DNA of 64,000 nt from Pseudomonadota bacterium (GTDB lineage Bacteria; UBA10199; 2-02-FULL-44-16; JAAZCA01): the NCBI GenBank assembly GCA_043798915.1, contig JAZDOG010000056.1, positions 1 to 64,000 of the forward strand. Reading direction: 5' to 3'. Shown piece by piece: positions 8,472-16,950 of this stretch; within the stretch, counting starts at the first letter, position 1; each line of letters begins with the position of its first letter. Below the pieces are notes generated by a model that searched no databases, was not told the DNA's origin, and was given only the letters and a program-made list of their open reading frames with translations. A program made the translations under genes and the position numbers.

Positions 8472-8837
8472 ATGGGAAAAAAGATATTAATTGTTGATGA
8501 TGATGAGACGATGTTGCGTCTTTTGGCAAATGAGCTCAAAAAAGAGGGTTATAGTGTTATAACAGCGACGAATGGGGCAAATGCAATAAATTACGCGATT
8601 TGTGAAAAACCAGACATTATTATTATGGATATTTTGCTTCCGGATATGCAGGGGTCGGATGCGGTTAAGCGTATGCAGAATAGTGCTGATGCGCCTGATG
8701 ATTTAAATATTATCTTTTTATCTGGGGTTGTTATACAAGACGATGAATATAATCAGAGGGTTCAGGTTGGAGGGAAATATTATCCAGCAATCCCTAAGCC
8801 TCTTGACCTTGATCGGTTGTTAAAAATGCTTTTATAA
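8472..8837 (+). CDS. Single-domain response regulator
   Basis: KKILIVDDD, PDIIIMDILLP, PKP; RBS aaggag. Confidence 0.9.
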   Translation: MGKKILIVDDDETMLRLLANELKKEGYSVITATNGANAINYAICEKPDIIIMDILLPDMQGSDAVKRMQNSADAPDDLNIIFLSGVVIQDDEYNQRVQVGGKYYPAIPKPLDLDRLLKMLL

Positions 8838-8928
8838 TAATTCTCTATTCTTCAATTTCTTGAGACATCTTCGGATTCGTTTTTCTAAGTTCAGCGAGTT
8901 CTATTTCTTTATCGAGCCGGGGAATGTC

Positions 8929-10461
8929 ATGCCTGAGATTATTAAGGTTGGTTTGATAGCTATTGGGATTAGTCTTATAATTATTGTCGCAGGCGTTGGC
9001 TTATTTTTATTTTACCGGTATTTTGTCCAAAGCATATATCGTCTGATTGAAAAAGAGAGCGCTATAGATCGTACATTTCCTGGCACTCCGTTACAGTACG
9101 ATGGTGGCGCTGGGGGCTTTGCTGCGAAGGGCAAAGAAGTGCAAAAGAGTGCACAGAGTGGTAATGCGCAGAGTGTTACCGTATATGTGCTCGAAAATGA
9201 TCTAAAAAAAATTGGAATTCCATCCAGCAAACGATCCGATGTATCTCGACTTATCAGGAATCTTGCCACCCAACAAGCCGATGAAGAGGTCAACCAAGTC
9301 CGTCACGCGTTTAAACAGCAGCTTGACGAAAAAGAGCAGGCCCTGACACAGACACATCAAAGTATTACTCGTATAAATAAAAAGCTTGAAGCAGTTTCCG
9401 CAAGTTATGCAAAGCTGGGCAAAGAGAAAAAACAGACTGAGGATGTGGTTCGCTCATTAGCAGACGGTCTAATAGTGGTGGATGATCAGGGCAGAACGGT
9501 TCTTATGAACCCTGCTGCAGAAAAGTTATTGGGCACTGAATTGAAAAATGTCCTGGGTAAACGCATCAGTGATCAACAAAGCGAGGAGAGGGTGATCTCT
9601 ATTGCCCAAAACAGGGAAGGCCAGAAGGATAAACAAATCGTACTTAGTGGTGCAAGCGAGGAAACAAAAGAAGTTTTAAAAGCCAGCTCGGCGGTGATTG
9701 AAAACGAAGCTGGCCAAACCATGGGAATGGTTTCTGTTCTCTCTGACGTCACGAAACATAAGGAGCTTAAAGCGATGCATTCTCAGTTTGTAGCCAGAGT
9801 ATCGCATGAGCTTCAGGCCCCCCTGGGGCGTATTCTTGAGTCTATAAAACTTCTTTCAGACAACCCGGCAGGCGACATCAACGCCAAGCAAGAGGAAGTT
9901 TTAGAGTTGGTTTCGCGAAACATCGGCAGACTGACTACTCTAACCAATAATTTGCACTATCTTTCGCAAATTGAAGCTGGCAACATAAAACTTGATATTT
10001 CGGAGTTTCAGCTTGAAGAATTAATAGAGCAGATCAAGAAGTCTTTTAAGTCATGGGCCGACAGCAAAAATGTTGCCATAGAAACCAGCTTTCCTCCCGA
10101 AACAGTTAAGTTACATGCTGATCAGAATAAAATAGGTCAAGTGCTTACCAACCTGATAGAAAATTCGATGAAATTCGTGGAGAGAAGTGGAAAGATTGAA
10201 ATAGAAGTCAAGCCAGCAGATAATGTTGTGGAGGTGGGAATAAAGGATAATGGACCCGGTATTTCCGAGAAAGACAGGAAATCTATTTTTGAGAAGTTTA
10301 AGCAATTCAGGGATTCAGAAGGAGTAGGGCTTGGTCTCACGATCGCAAGGGAATTTGTTAAGCTTCACGGCGGCCATATATCAGTCAAAAGCGAAGAGGG
10401 AAAAGGGAGCCTCTTTACTATTTCGATGCCAATGCAGAAAGCCGCTGATACAGAGCCATAA
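8929..10461 (+). CDS. Membrane-anchored PAS sensor histidine kinase
   Basis: N-terminal TM, coiled coil, PAS (NPAAEKLLG), H-box SHELQAPL, N-box NLIENS, DNGPG, GVGLGL. Confidence 0.9.
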   Translation: MPEIIKVGLIAIGISLIIIVAGVGLFLFYRYFVQSIYRLIEKESAIDRTFPGTPLQYDGGAGGFAAKGKEVQKSAQSGNAQSVTVYVLENDLKKIGIPSSKRSDVSRLIRNLATQQADEEVNQVRHAFKQQLDEKEQALTQTHQSITRINKKLEAVSASYAKLGKEKKQTEDVVRSLADGLIVVDDQGRTVLMNPAAEKLLGTELKNVLGKRISDQQSEERVISIAQNREGQKDKQIVLSGASEETKEVLKASSAVIENEAGQTMGMVSVLSDVTKHKELKAMHSQFVARVSHELQAPLGRILESIKLLSDNPAGDINAKQEEVLELVSRNIGRLTTLTNNLHYLSQIEAGNIKLDISEFQLEELIEQIKKSFKSWADSKNVAIETSFPPETVKLHADQNKIGQVLTNLIENSMKFVERSGKIEIEVKPADNVVEVGIKDNGPGISEKDRKSIFEKFKQFRDSEGVGLGLTIAREFVKLHGGHISVKSEEGKGSLFTISMPMQKAADTEP

Positions 10462-10494
10462 ACATTCATCACGTTCTCCTTTCGAGGATGCATA

Positions 10495-11970
10495 GTGAAG
10501 ATAGAGGGATATCAAAGTATTAGATCAATGATTAACTATTTCCTGGGCATGTTGCTGCTGATCGTTCTAGTTTTCAGCACATTGATTGTGACACATGCGG
10601 CATCAGAGGGCTCCTTAACCTCATGGAATACCTATTTAACTCTAGTTGTTCTTATCATCTTTCTATTTGCAATCACCTTTGCCTGGTACTTTTTAAACAG
10701 ATTTCTGACAAAGTCACTTTTACACAGAGATTACACCAACAATATCATCTCATCCATGATGGACACGCTGATGGTAATTGGTCCAGACGGAAGGATAAAA
10801 ACTATTAACAAGGCTACATCCGATCTTTCGGGCTATTCTAAAGATGAGCTCATTGATGAACCGGTTGCCACAATAATAGGGGGAAAAGTAGAAGGACCAG
10901 TCGTCTATGATGAACCAGAAGATGTTATTGAATTTCTTGTCAGGCTTGGTTTAAATGAAGCAATTGTGGGAGATGGAATAGATGATCATGAGTTAGATTA
11001 TGTAACTAAAACCGGTGAAAAAATACCGATGAGTTTCTCTTGTTCAGTGGTTTGGAATAAGAAGGATGAATTGCTGGGCGTCGTCTGTGTGGCTCGTGAT
11101 ATCCGTGAGAGAAAGCGTCTTGTGCAGAAGGAGAAGGAACTTGTGGTAGCAAAGATAACGGCGGAAGCTGAGAGGAAAAGAGCCGCCGAATTGACTGCGG
11201 CATATAAAAAACTGGAAAAGGCCGATCAGGAGCTCAAAGATACCACTGCTCAGCTAGTGCAGAATGAAAAATTGACTGCTTTAGGTGAAATGGCTGCCGG
11301 TGTTGCGCATGAGTTGACCCAACCTCTGCATGGAATAAAGCTTATAAGCCAGGGGCTCCTTCGGAATATTGAGAAACGGGGATTTGATCAGAAGATGGTA
11401 TCTGAAAATTTACAAGAGACCGTTGGACTGGCAAATAGAATGTCCGGCATAATCGATCATATGCGCCTGTTTTCACGCCATCCAAGAGGAGAACAAGGGG
11501 GAGAAGTAGATGTCAATGAAGCTGTGGAGGGAGTATTTAAGCTGCTGGGTCAGCAATTGTACGTCAATAATATTGAGGTCAGAAAAGAGTTGAGTTCTAA
11601 TATGCCCAAGGCATTGATTAACCAAGTTGGCTTGGAACAGGTATTAATGAACTTAATTATTAATGCTCGTCATGCCATGGAAGAATCTGGCAGAAAGCCA
11701 ATGATCATTGAGATAAAGAGCTTCCTTAAGGAAAAAGATGGTTTGAAGGAAGCAGTGGTATCTGTAAGGGATAATGCTGGGGGAGTTCCAGAAGATATTC
11801 AGGCTAAGATTTTTGAACCATTCTTTACGACCAAGGAACCTGGTAAAGGAACTGGACTGGGCTTGAGCGTCTCTAGAAAGATAATAGCTGATGCCGGTGG
11901 AAAGCTTGAGTTAGAAGTAGATGAGGGTATCGGATCAACTTTTAGCGTAATATTACCTGTAAAAAAGTAG
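10495..11970 (+). CDS. PAS sensor histidine kinase (NtrB-like)
   Basis: Two TMs, PAS, AHELTQPL, NLIINA, DNAGG, FEPFFTTK.GKGTGLGL. Confidence 0.9.
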   Translation: MKIEGYQSIRSMINYFLGMLLLIVLVFSTLIVTHAASEGSLTSWNTYLTLVVLIIFLFAITFAWYFLNRFLTKSLLHRDYTNNIISSMMDTLMVIGPDGRIKTINKATSDLSGYSKDELIDEPVATIIGGKVEGPVVYDEPEDVIEFLVRLGLNEAIVGDGIDDHELDYVTKTGEKIPMSFSCSVVWNKKDELLGVVCVARDIRERKRLVQKEKELVVAKITAEAERKRAAELTAAYKKLEKADQELKDTTAQLVQNEKLTALGEMAAGVAHELTQPLHGIKLISQGLLRNIEKRGFDQKMVSENLQETVGLANRMSGIIDHMRLFSRHPRGEQGGEVDVNEAVEGVFKLLGQQLYVNNIEVRKELSSNMPKALINQVGLEQVLMNLIINARHAMEESGRKPMIIEIKSFLKEKDGLKEAVVSVRDNAGGVPEDIQAKIFEPFFTTKEPGKGTGLGLSVSRKIIADAGGKLELEVDEGIGSTFSVILPVKK

Positions 11971-12041
11971 GTGGGTTTCTACTTATCTCGTCGCTTAAAC
12001 TCATAATTTTTCCTCCCCCGGATATATTGTTATGTGGTTTA

Positions 12042-13355
12042 TCACGAAGCGTATTCGCATGCCTCATGAGGTTTGCGGTGGTGGGCCCGCCACCAGTGGG
12101 AGAGGTTCATGATGAAATAGTAGAGGGGCTGCGACCGGTTGGCCCAGAAGCGTTTCAGGATCGAGCGCCACGTATAGAACCTCTTCGGAAACCGAAGATG
12201 AATCGCCTCGATCTCCTCCCTGTTCATCGTCGGATGATGGCACACCAGGTTCGCGCCCGTATAGTGCTCCCAGTTAAAATCGAAGATCCTCTTTTCGCGC
12301 AGCGCGGTGTCGTAAAAGGCGGTTCCCGGAAAGGGGGTCATGATCCCGGTGTTCACAAGCGCCAACCGGTTGCGCATGGCAAAATCGTACACGCCGTTGA
12401 GGGTCTCCCTGGTATCCTGATCAAAGCCGAACATGAAGGCGCCGATCAGGTTGATCCCCGCCCGCGTTATCTTGCGGATGTGGGTCTCGTAATCCCTGAC
12501 CTTGTTGAACGATTTGTTCGCAAGGTTCAAGGTCCCCTGGTCGATCGATTCGATGCCCACGAAGAGGCTGATGCAGCCGGAGTCGACGGCGAGTTTCAAG
12601 AGCTTCTCGTCGCGCGCAATCATCTCCAGCGAGCCCTGAGATCCCCACTTGATTTTCATCGGGATCAGCGCCTCAAAAAGCTTGTAGGCGTATTCCTTCG
12701 TGAAGAATATGTTGTCGTCCACGAAGAAGAAGATGCGCGATGGGAAGCGCTTGATCTCCTCCACGACGTGCTCCACTGGACGAGTCCGATGCCTGCTGCC
12801 GTACATCTTCGTCACCGTGCAGAAATTGCATCCCAGCGGGCATCCGCGGCTGGTCTGCAGAACCTGCGTGTTGAGGGTGGTGTGCCCAGCGAGGAAGAGG
12901 TCCTTGCGGGGCATCGGCAGATCCTTGAGCTCGACAAAGGAGTCAGCGCGGTAGACCTGTTTGAGCGCCCCCGCCTGAAGGTCCGCCATGATCTGAGGCC
13001 ACACCAGCTCGGCCTCGTTGACGACCACGGCATCGAAGCGCTGCGAGCACTCCTCGACCATGAACGAGGCGTGGCTTCCCCCGCAGATGGTCGGGATGCC
13101 CCTCTTGCGGAAGTGATCCGCGAGCTCATACCCTCGCGTCGCCTGACAGGTCATCATCGTGATGCCGACGAGGTCCGCGGTCTCGCTGAGGTCCAGCGGC
13201 TCGAAGGTCTCCTCCACGATCCTGATCTCATCGAAAAAGGGTGTGGCGAGGCCCGCCACCATCGCGAGGCTCAAGTGATGCGCGTATTTGCCCTTGGCCT
13301 TTCTAACTTCCAGGCTGGCCGGGGCGATAAGGAGGAGCTTGTTTGGGCGCGTCAT
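12042..13355 (-). CDS. B12-binding radical SAM protein
   Basis: GGSHAS cobalamin-domain motif, SRGCPLGCNFC (CxxxCxxC), FVDDNI, GIES. Confidence 0.9.
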   Translation of the reverse strand: MTRPNKLLLIAPASLEVRKAKGKYAHHLSLAMVAGLATPFFDEIRIVEETFEPLDLSETADLVGITMMTCQATRGYELADHFRKRGIPTICGGSHASFMVEECSQRFDAVVVNEAELVWPQIMADLQAGALKQVYRADSFVELKDLPMPRKDLFLAGHTTLNTQVLQTSRGCPLGCNFCTVTKMYGSRHRTRPVEHVVEEIKRFPSRIFFFVDDNIFFTKEYAYKLFEALIPMKIKWGSQGSLEMIARDEKLLKLAVDSGCISLFVGIESIDQGTLNLANKSFNKVRDYETHIRKITRAGINLIGAFMFGFDQDTRETLNGVYDFAMRNRLALVNTGIMTPFPGTAFYDTALREKRIFDFNWEHYTGANLVCHHPTMNREEIEAIHLRFPKRFYTWRSILKRFWANRSQPLYYFIMNLSHWWRAHHRKPHEACEYAS

Positions 13356-13363
13356 CCGGTTCG

Positions 13364-14158
13364 CTAATACCCCGTGCATACGTGCACACATGATTGAGCT
13401 ATTTGATCCGCGGCGCTCGTGCTGTAGGTCTGCCCGTTGTACACATACCAGCAGCTGCCGCTGTCGTTGCAGCACGATTGGATGCTGCACGCAGTGCACA
13501 CCATATACGTCGACGAGCAGGTCCCGCCGCTCCCGCCAGCACTCCCTCCGGTAGTTCCGCCGGTGTCGCTCGCACTTGAATCGACGCTCTCGATCGTGAC
13601 CGTCGCCTCGACCTCAACGGTCCAGCTGAAGGTCGCCTGCGCGTCGTCGTAACTCGCCGCCGTGAAATCCATGCCCGTCACGCCGGTGTCGGCCTCTCCG
13701 TAGCAGGTGCCATTCCCGCGCCAGTCGCGGTTGCAGACCTGGCCGCCGGGCTTCGAGTCGACGACTTCAGTTTCGATAGCGACTTCGCCGGCTGCGAGTT
13801 CATCAGGCGTGAGCGGATAGACGAAATAGCCGTCGAGATCCGGGACCTCGATGATGATGTCTGTGACCGTGATCTCCGTGATCGAGGTGAAGGTCACCGT
13901 CCAGGTGACAGTCTGGTTGAGCGTGTAGGCGGTGTTCGGCGGCGCCGTGACCTTGGGCTTCTGGGTCGTGTTGCCCTTCGACCCCGGGGGCGAACCCGGC
14001 ACGAAGACGGCGTTCGGAATCTTGAGGTATTGATGCGCGACAGCGCTGTTGCCGCTGACATTGCTGCCACTGTCACTGACGCTGCTCGTCCCCAGCTTGC
14101 CACATGCGGCCAGGACGACGACGGCCGATATCACAGAAACCAACCGAAGAATCTTCAT
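13364..14158 (-). CDS. Lipoprotein B: paralog of lipoprotein A
   Basis: Lipobox LAAC; shares HQYL.IPNAVF, TTQKPKVTAP, DLDGYFVYPLT, QVCNRD.RGNGTCY with 7243-8001; RBS ggagg. Confidence 0.8.
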   Translation of the reverse strand: MKILRLVSVISAVVVLAACGKLGTSSVSDSGSNVSGNSAVAHQYLKIPNAVFVPGSPPGSKGNTTQKPKVTAPPNTAYTLNQTVTWTVTFTSITEITVTDIIIEVPDLDGYFVYPLTPDELAAGEVAIETEVVDSKPGGQVCNRDWRGNGTCYGEADTGVTGMDFTAASYDDAQATFSWTVEVEATVTIESVDSSASDTGGTTGGSAGGSGGTCSSTYMVCTACSIQSCCNDSGSCWYVYNGQTYSTSAADQIAQSCVHVCTGY

Positions 14159-14378
14159 GCTCGCCTCCATTTCATTAAAATACTCCACACTCTATACATA
14201 GACAGGTGCACCAGTAAACCAGAAATCAGCATGTCGAGTGACAACAACATCATACGAACAACATCAGACGGAGCGGACTGACGGCTTAATCCTTATAATA
14301 AAGATATTTACGCGCTGGAAATTGTCTTGCTTGTAATGTACCCTTCACTTGTTTCGCACTCAAACGAAAGGACACACA

Positions 14379-15701
14379 ATGAAAAAACTATTAAGCATCG
14401 TCTCTCTTCTCCTCCTCTCCATCTGCATCATCAGGCCCGCGTTCTCCGAGGAGATCAAGATGCGCAGCGTCGGCGGCGTGTACACGGTGCCCGTGAGGCT
14501 GAACAACGCATTGACGATGGACTTCATGATCGACACAGGCGCGGCCGACATCGGCCTCTCGGACGAGATCGCTGGCAGGCTGCTCAGCACGGGCATAATG
14601 ACGGAGCGCGATTTCAATGGCTCCGAGCGTTACACCCTGGCCGACGGTTCATCGGTCGCCTGCCGGGCGCTCGTGCTGCGCTCCGTGCGCATCGGAGGGC
14701 GCGAGGTTTCCGAAGTGAAGGCGAGCGCCTGCCCCGGCAAAGCGCCGTTGCTGCTGGGCCAGAGCTTCCTCAAGAAGCTGGGGCCCTGGGCCCTGGACTA
14801 CGGCAGGGAATTCCTGGTGGTGATGTCCGAGGTAAAAAAGGAGCTCGAGCCGGTGGCGTACACGCCCAAGGATGTGGAGTGGCAGCAGAATGCCGGTGCA
14901 CAGGGCGACGCCGCGGCGCAGTTCAACCTCGCCGTGATGTATGAGAAAGGCGAAGACGTCCCGAAGGATCAGGTGAAGGTCGTGGAGCTGCTCAAAAAAT
15001 CCGCAGCACAGGGCTATGCGCCGGCGCAGATGGGCCTCGGCTGGCTGTATCAGACAGGGAACGGCCTTCCAAAGAACTCATCGAAGGCATTCGAACTCTT
15101 TCAAAAGGCGGCGGGGCAAGGGTTTCCGGCGGCGCAGGTGATGCTCGGGAGCATGTACCATGGCGGTTTGGGGGTCCCCAAGAACATGGCCAAGGCGATC
15201 GAATGGTATCAAAAGGCGGCAGAGCGCGGCAACGATGCGGCGCATACCAACCTGGGGATGATGTACGAGATGGGCGATGGCGTTCCGAAAGATTCCGCAA
15301 AGGCGGCGGAGTGGTTCCGAAGAGGGGCCGACCGCGGCGGCCTGCTCTGCCAGTACTATCTCGCAGCGGCATACTTGAATGGCGAAGGCGTCCCCAAGGA
15401 TATCGCAAAGGGGATCGAGCTGTTGCAAAAGGCGTCCGAAGGCGATCTGTCTTCCGCGCAGCGGCACTTGGGCTCCTTGTATTATTCGGGCAACGAAGTG
15501 CCGAAGAACAAGGTCCTGGCCTGGATCTGGACCAAATTGGCCACGGCTGGGGTGGGGACACAACCGCCTGTTTATCTCACGGGAACGACGGCTGCGGAGG
15601 ACCTGGCGATCATTGAGAAGGACATGACCCCTGCAGAAATCTCCCAAGCCCAAGCGCTCGCCGCCGGCTGGAAGCCAGGGCAGGCTCTCATGCGAAAGTG
15701 A
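14379..15701 (+). CDS. Secreted retropepsin-like aspartyl protease fused to Sel1-like repeats
   Basis: Signal peptide; FMIDTGA and LLGQSFL; about six AQ..LG..Y..G.GVPK repeats. Confidence 0.88.
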   Translation: MKKLLSIVSLLLLSICIIRPAFSEEIKMRSVGGVYTVPVRLNNALTMDFMIDTGAADIGLSDEIAGRLLSTGIMTERDFNGSERYTLADGSSVACRALVLRSVRIGGREVSEVKASACPGKAPLLLGQSFLKKLGPWALDYGREFLVVMSEVKKELEPVAYTPKDVEWQQNAGAQGDAAAQFNLAVMYEKGEDVPKDQVKVVELLKKSAAQGYAPAQMGLGWLYQTGNGLPKNSSKAFELFQKAAGQGFPAAQVMLGSMYHGGLGVPKNMAKAIEWYQKAAERGNDAAHTNLGMMYEMGDGVPKDSAKAAEWFRRGADRGGLLCQYYLAAAYLNGEGVPKDIAKGIELLQKASEGDLSSAQRHLGSLYYSGNEVPKNKVLAWIWTKLATAGVGTQPPVYLTGTTAAEDLAIIEKDMTPAEISQAQALAAGWKPGQALMRK

Positions 15702-15723
15702 AAACTGCCGGTAACGGAGCAAA
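15702..15723 (+). repeat. Junction repeat, single arm directly after a stop codon
   Basis: TGA followed immediately by aaactgccggtaacggagcaaa. Confidence 0.85.
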
Positions 15724-15902
15724 TTTGTATAGGGCTGCCTTCACCGACCGAAATTATATCAGGAAAACTGATTTACACAAGAATCCTCTCGGCAAGAGGA
15801 ACCGCTGAACCAGTTGTAAACCATCTGACAATATATAATGGAAATTGTAGTGTTTATGATGTATCCTCTGCTTAAAAATAGTACTATTATTGGAGATAGG
15901 AA

Positions 15903-16820
15903 ATGAAAAGACGACATTTAAATTTGGGATGTGCCGGGATTGCATTGCTGGTCGTATGTTTAACGGTGGTCTTGATCGCAAGACCCGCTGAAGCGGAAAA
16001 GAAGTCCATAACGCTCACAGGTTTTGGCGATTGCTATAGCGGAGGACAAAATAAGGTTTCCATAACACTTGTGGAAAACAAGCCCGGCATATACACGGCA
16101 ACGGGAATCCTTTCCCTTTATCCGACATGGACTGAAAATCTGCAGATAAAAGGTACATACTATGCAAAAAGCGGTGCATTGAAGGCGGCCGCAAGAAATC
16201 CTGAACCGACGGGCGAGCTTATTGTCAATGGATACATCGTCAAATCGGATATGTACAAAACGCGAATGGACGTCACGATTGAATCGCCGACAAAAAAACT
16301 ATTTTTCGACGGCATAATAAGTTCTAATGAAGAGCTTCAATCAGAACAAACTTCTCCACCAGAAACAGTACCCGAAGAAGCAGAGATAACAAAAATCGAA
16401 GGAAAGGAACCCTCCCCTCCCGAAGCGCATGAGGAATGGGATGGCCGATGGAGAGGCACGGCAAAGACCGAACACGTCATCGATAGTAATCCCAAGGTGG
16501 AAATGTCAGGGGAATACGAGTTCCAGATCGTCCGCGAGGGATCAAAGATACTCCTCACCGAAGGCGGAAAGACAACAACGCTCAATATCAACGAGAAAAA
16601 CCCAAATGCTGCAAGATCCCGAGAGGAAAAGAAAGAATCTGCGCCCGTGGGTGAGGGATGGACAAAAACGATAGACAGGCGCTTTATCTTTTTAAACAGC
16701 GGCCGTCTCTACACGGCAAGAAAAATCGAGGTAACCTCACACATAAAACTCCCTGGCCTGCCCTTTGGGGATTCACACGCCACGAATTTCACCCATGGCA
16801 TGCTTGATCGAGTGAAATAA
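15903..16820 (+). CDS. Secreted hypothetical protein
   Basis: 305-aa ORF with signal peptide (AEA cleavage) and two predicted beta-rich halves joined by a Pro/Glu linker. Confidence 0.7.
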   Translation: MKRRHLNLGCAGIALLVVCLTVVLIARPAEAEKKSITLTGFGDCYSGGQNKVSITLVENKPGIYTATGILSLYPTWTENLQIKGTYYAKSGALKAAARNPEPTGELIVNGYIVKSDMYKTRMDVTIESPTKKLFFDGIISSNEELQSEQTSPPETVPEEAEITKIEGKEPSPPEAHEEWDGRWRGTAKTEHVIDSNPKVEMSGEYEFQIVREGSKILLTEGGKTTTLNINEKNPNAARSREEKKESAPVGEGWTKTIDRRFIFLNSGRLYTARKIEVTSHIKLPGLPFGDSHATNFTHGMLDRVK

Positions 16821-16950
16821 TGATTGTCTAATTGAAATCCAGCATAATCCAGATCGAATAAAATACCGCCGACTGTCCGGTACCCAGACTTGACCCCTTT
16901 GTGATGCAAGGGGATGACAGAAGAAGCCTTCCCTTTTCCCAACCCTCTGT

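Noticed and set aside
12027..13367. Long antisense ORFs (also 25814..27583, 32187..33440, 37869..39320, 58910..60571)
   Set aside because: Shadow frames of well-supported GC-rich genes with no recognisable motifs.
7243..14158. Diversity-generating retroelement acting on the lipoprotein paralogs
   Set aside because: No reverse transcriptase, and differences include indels and are not adenine-specific.
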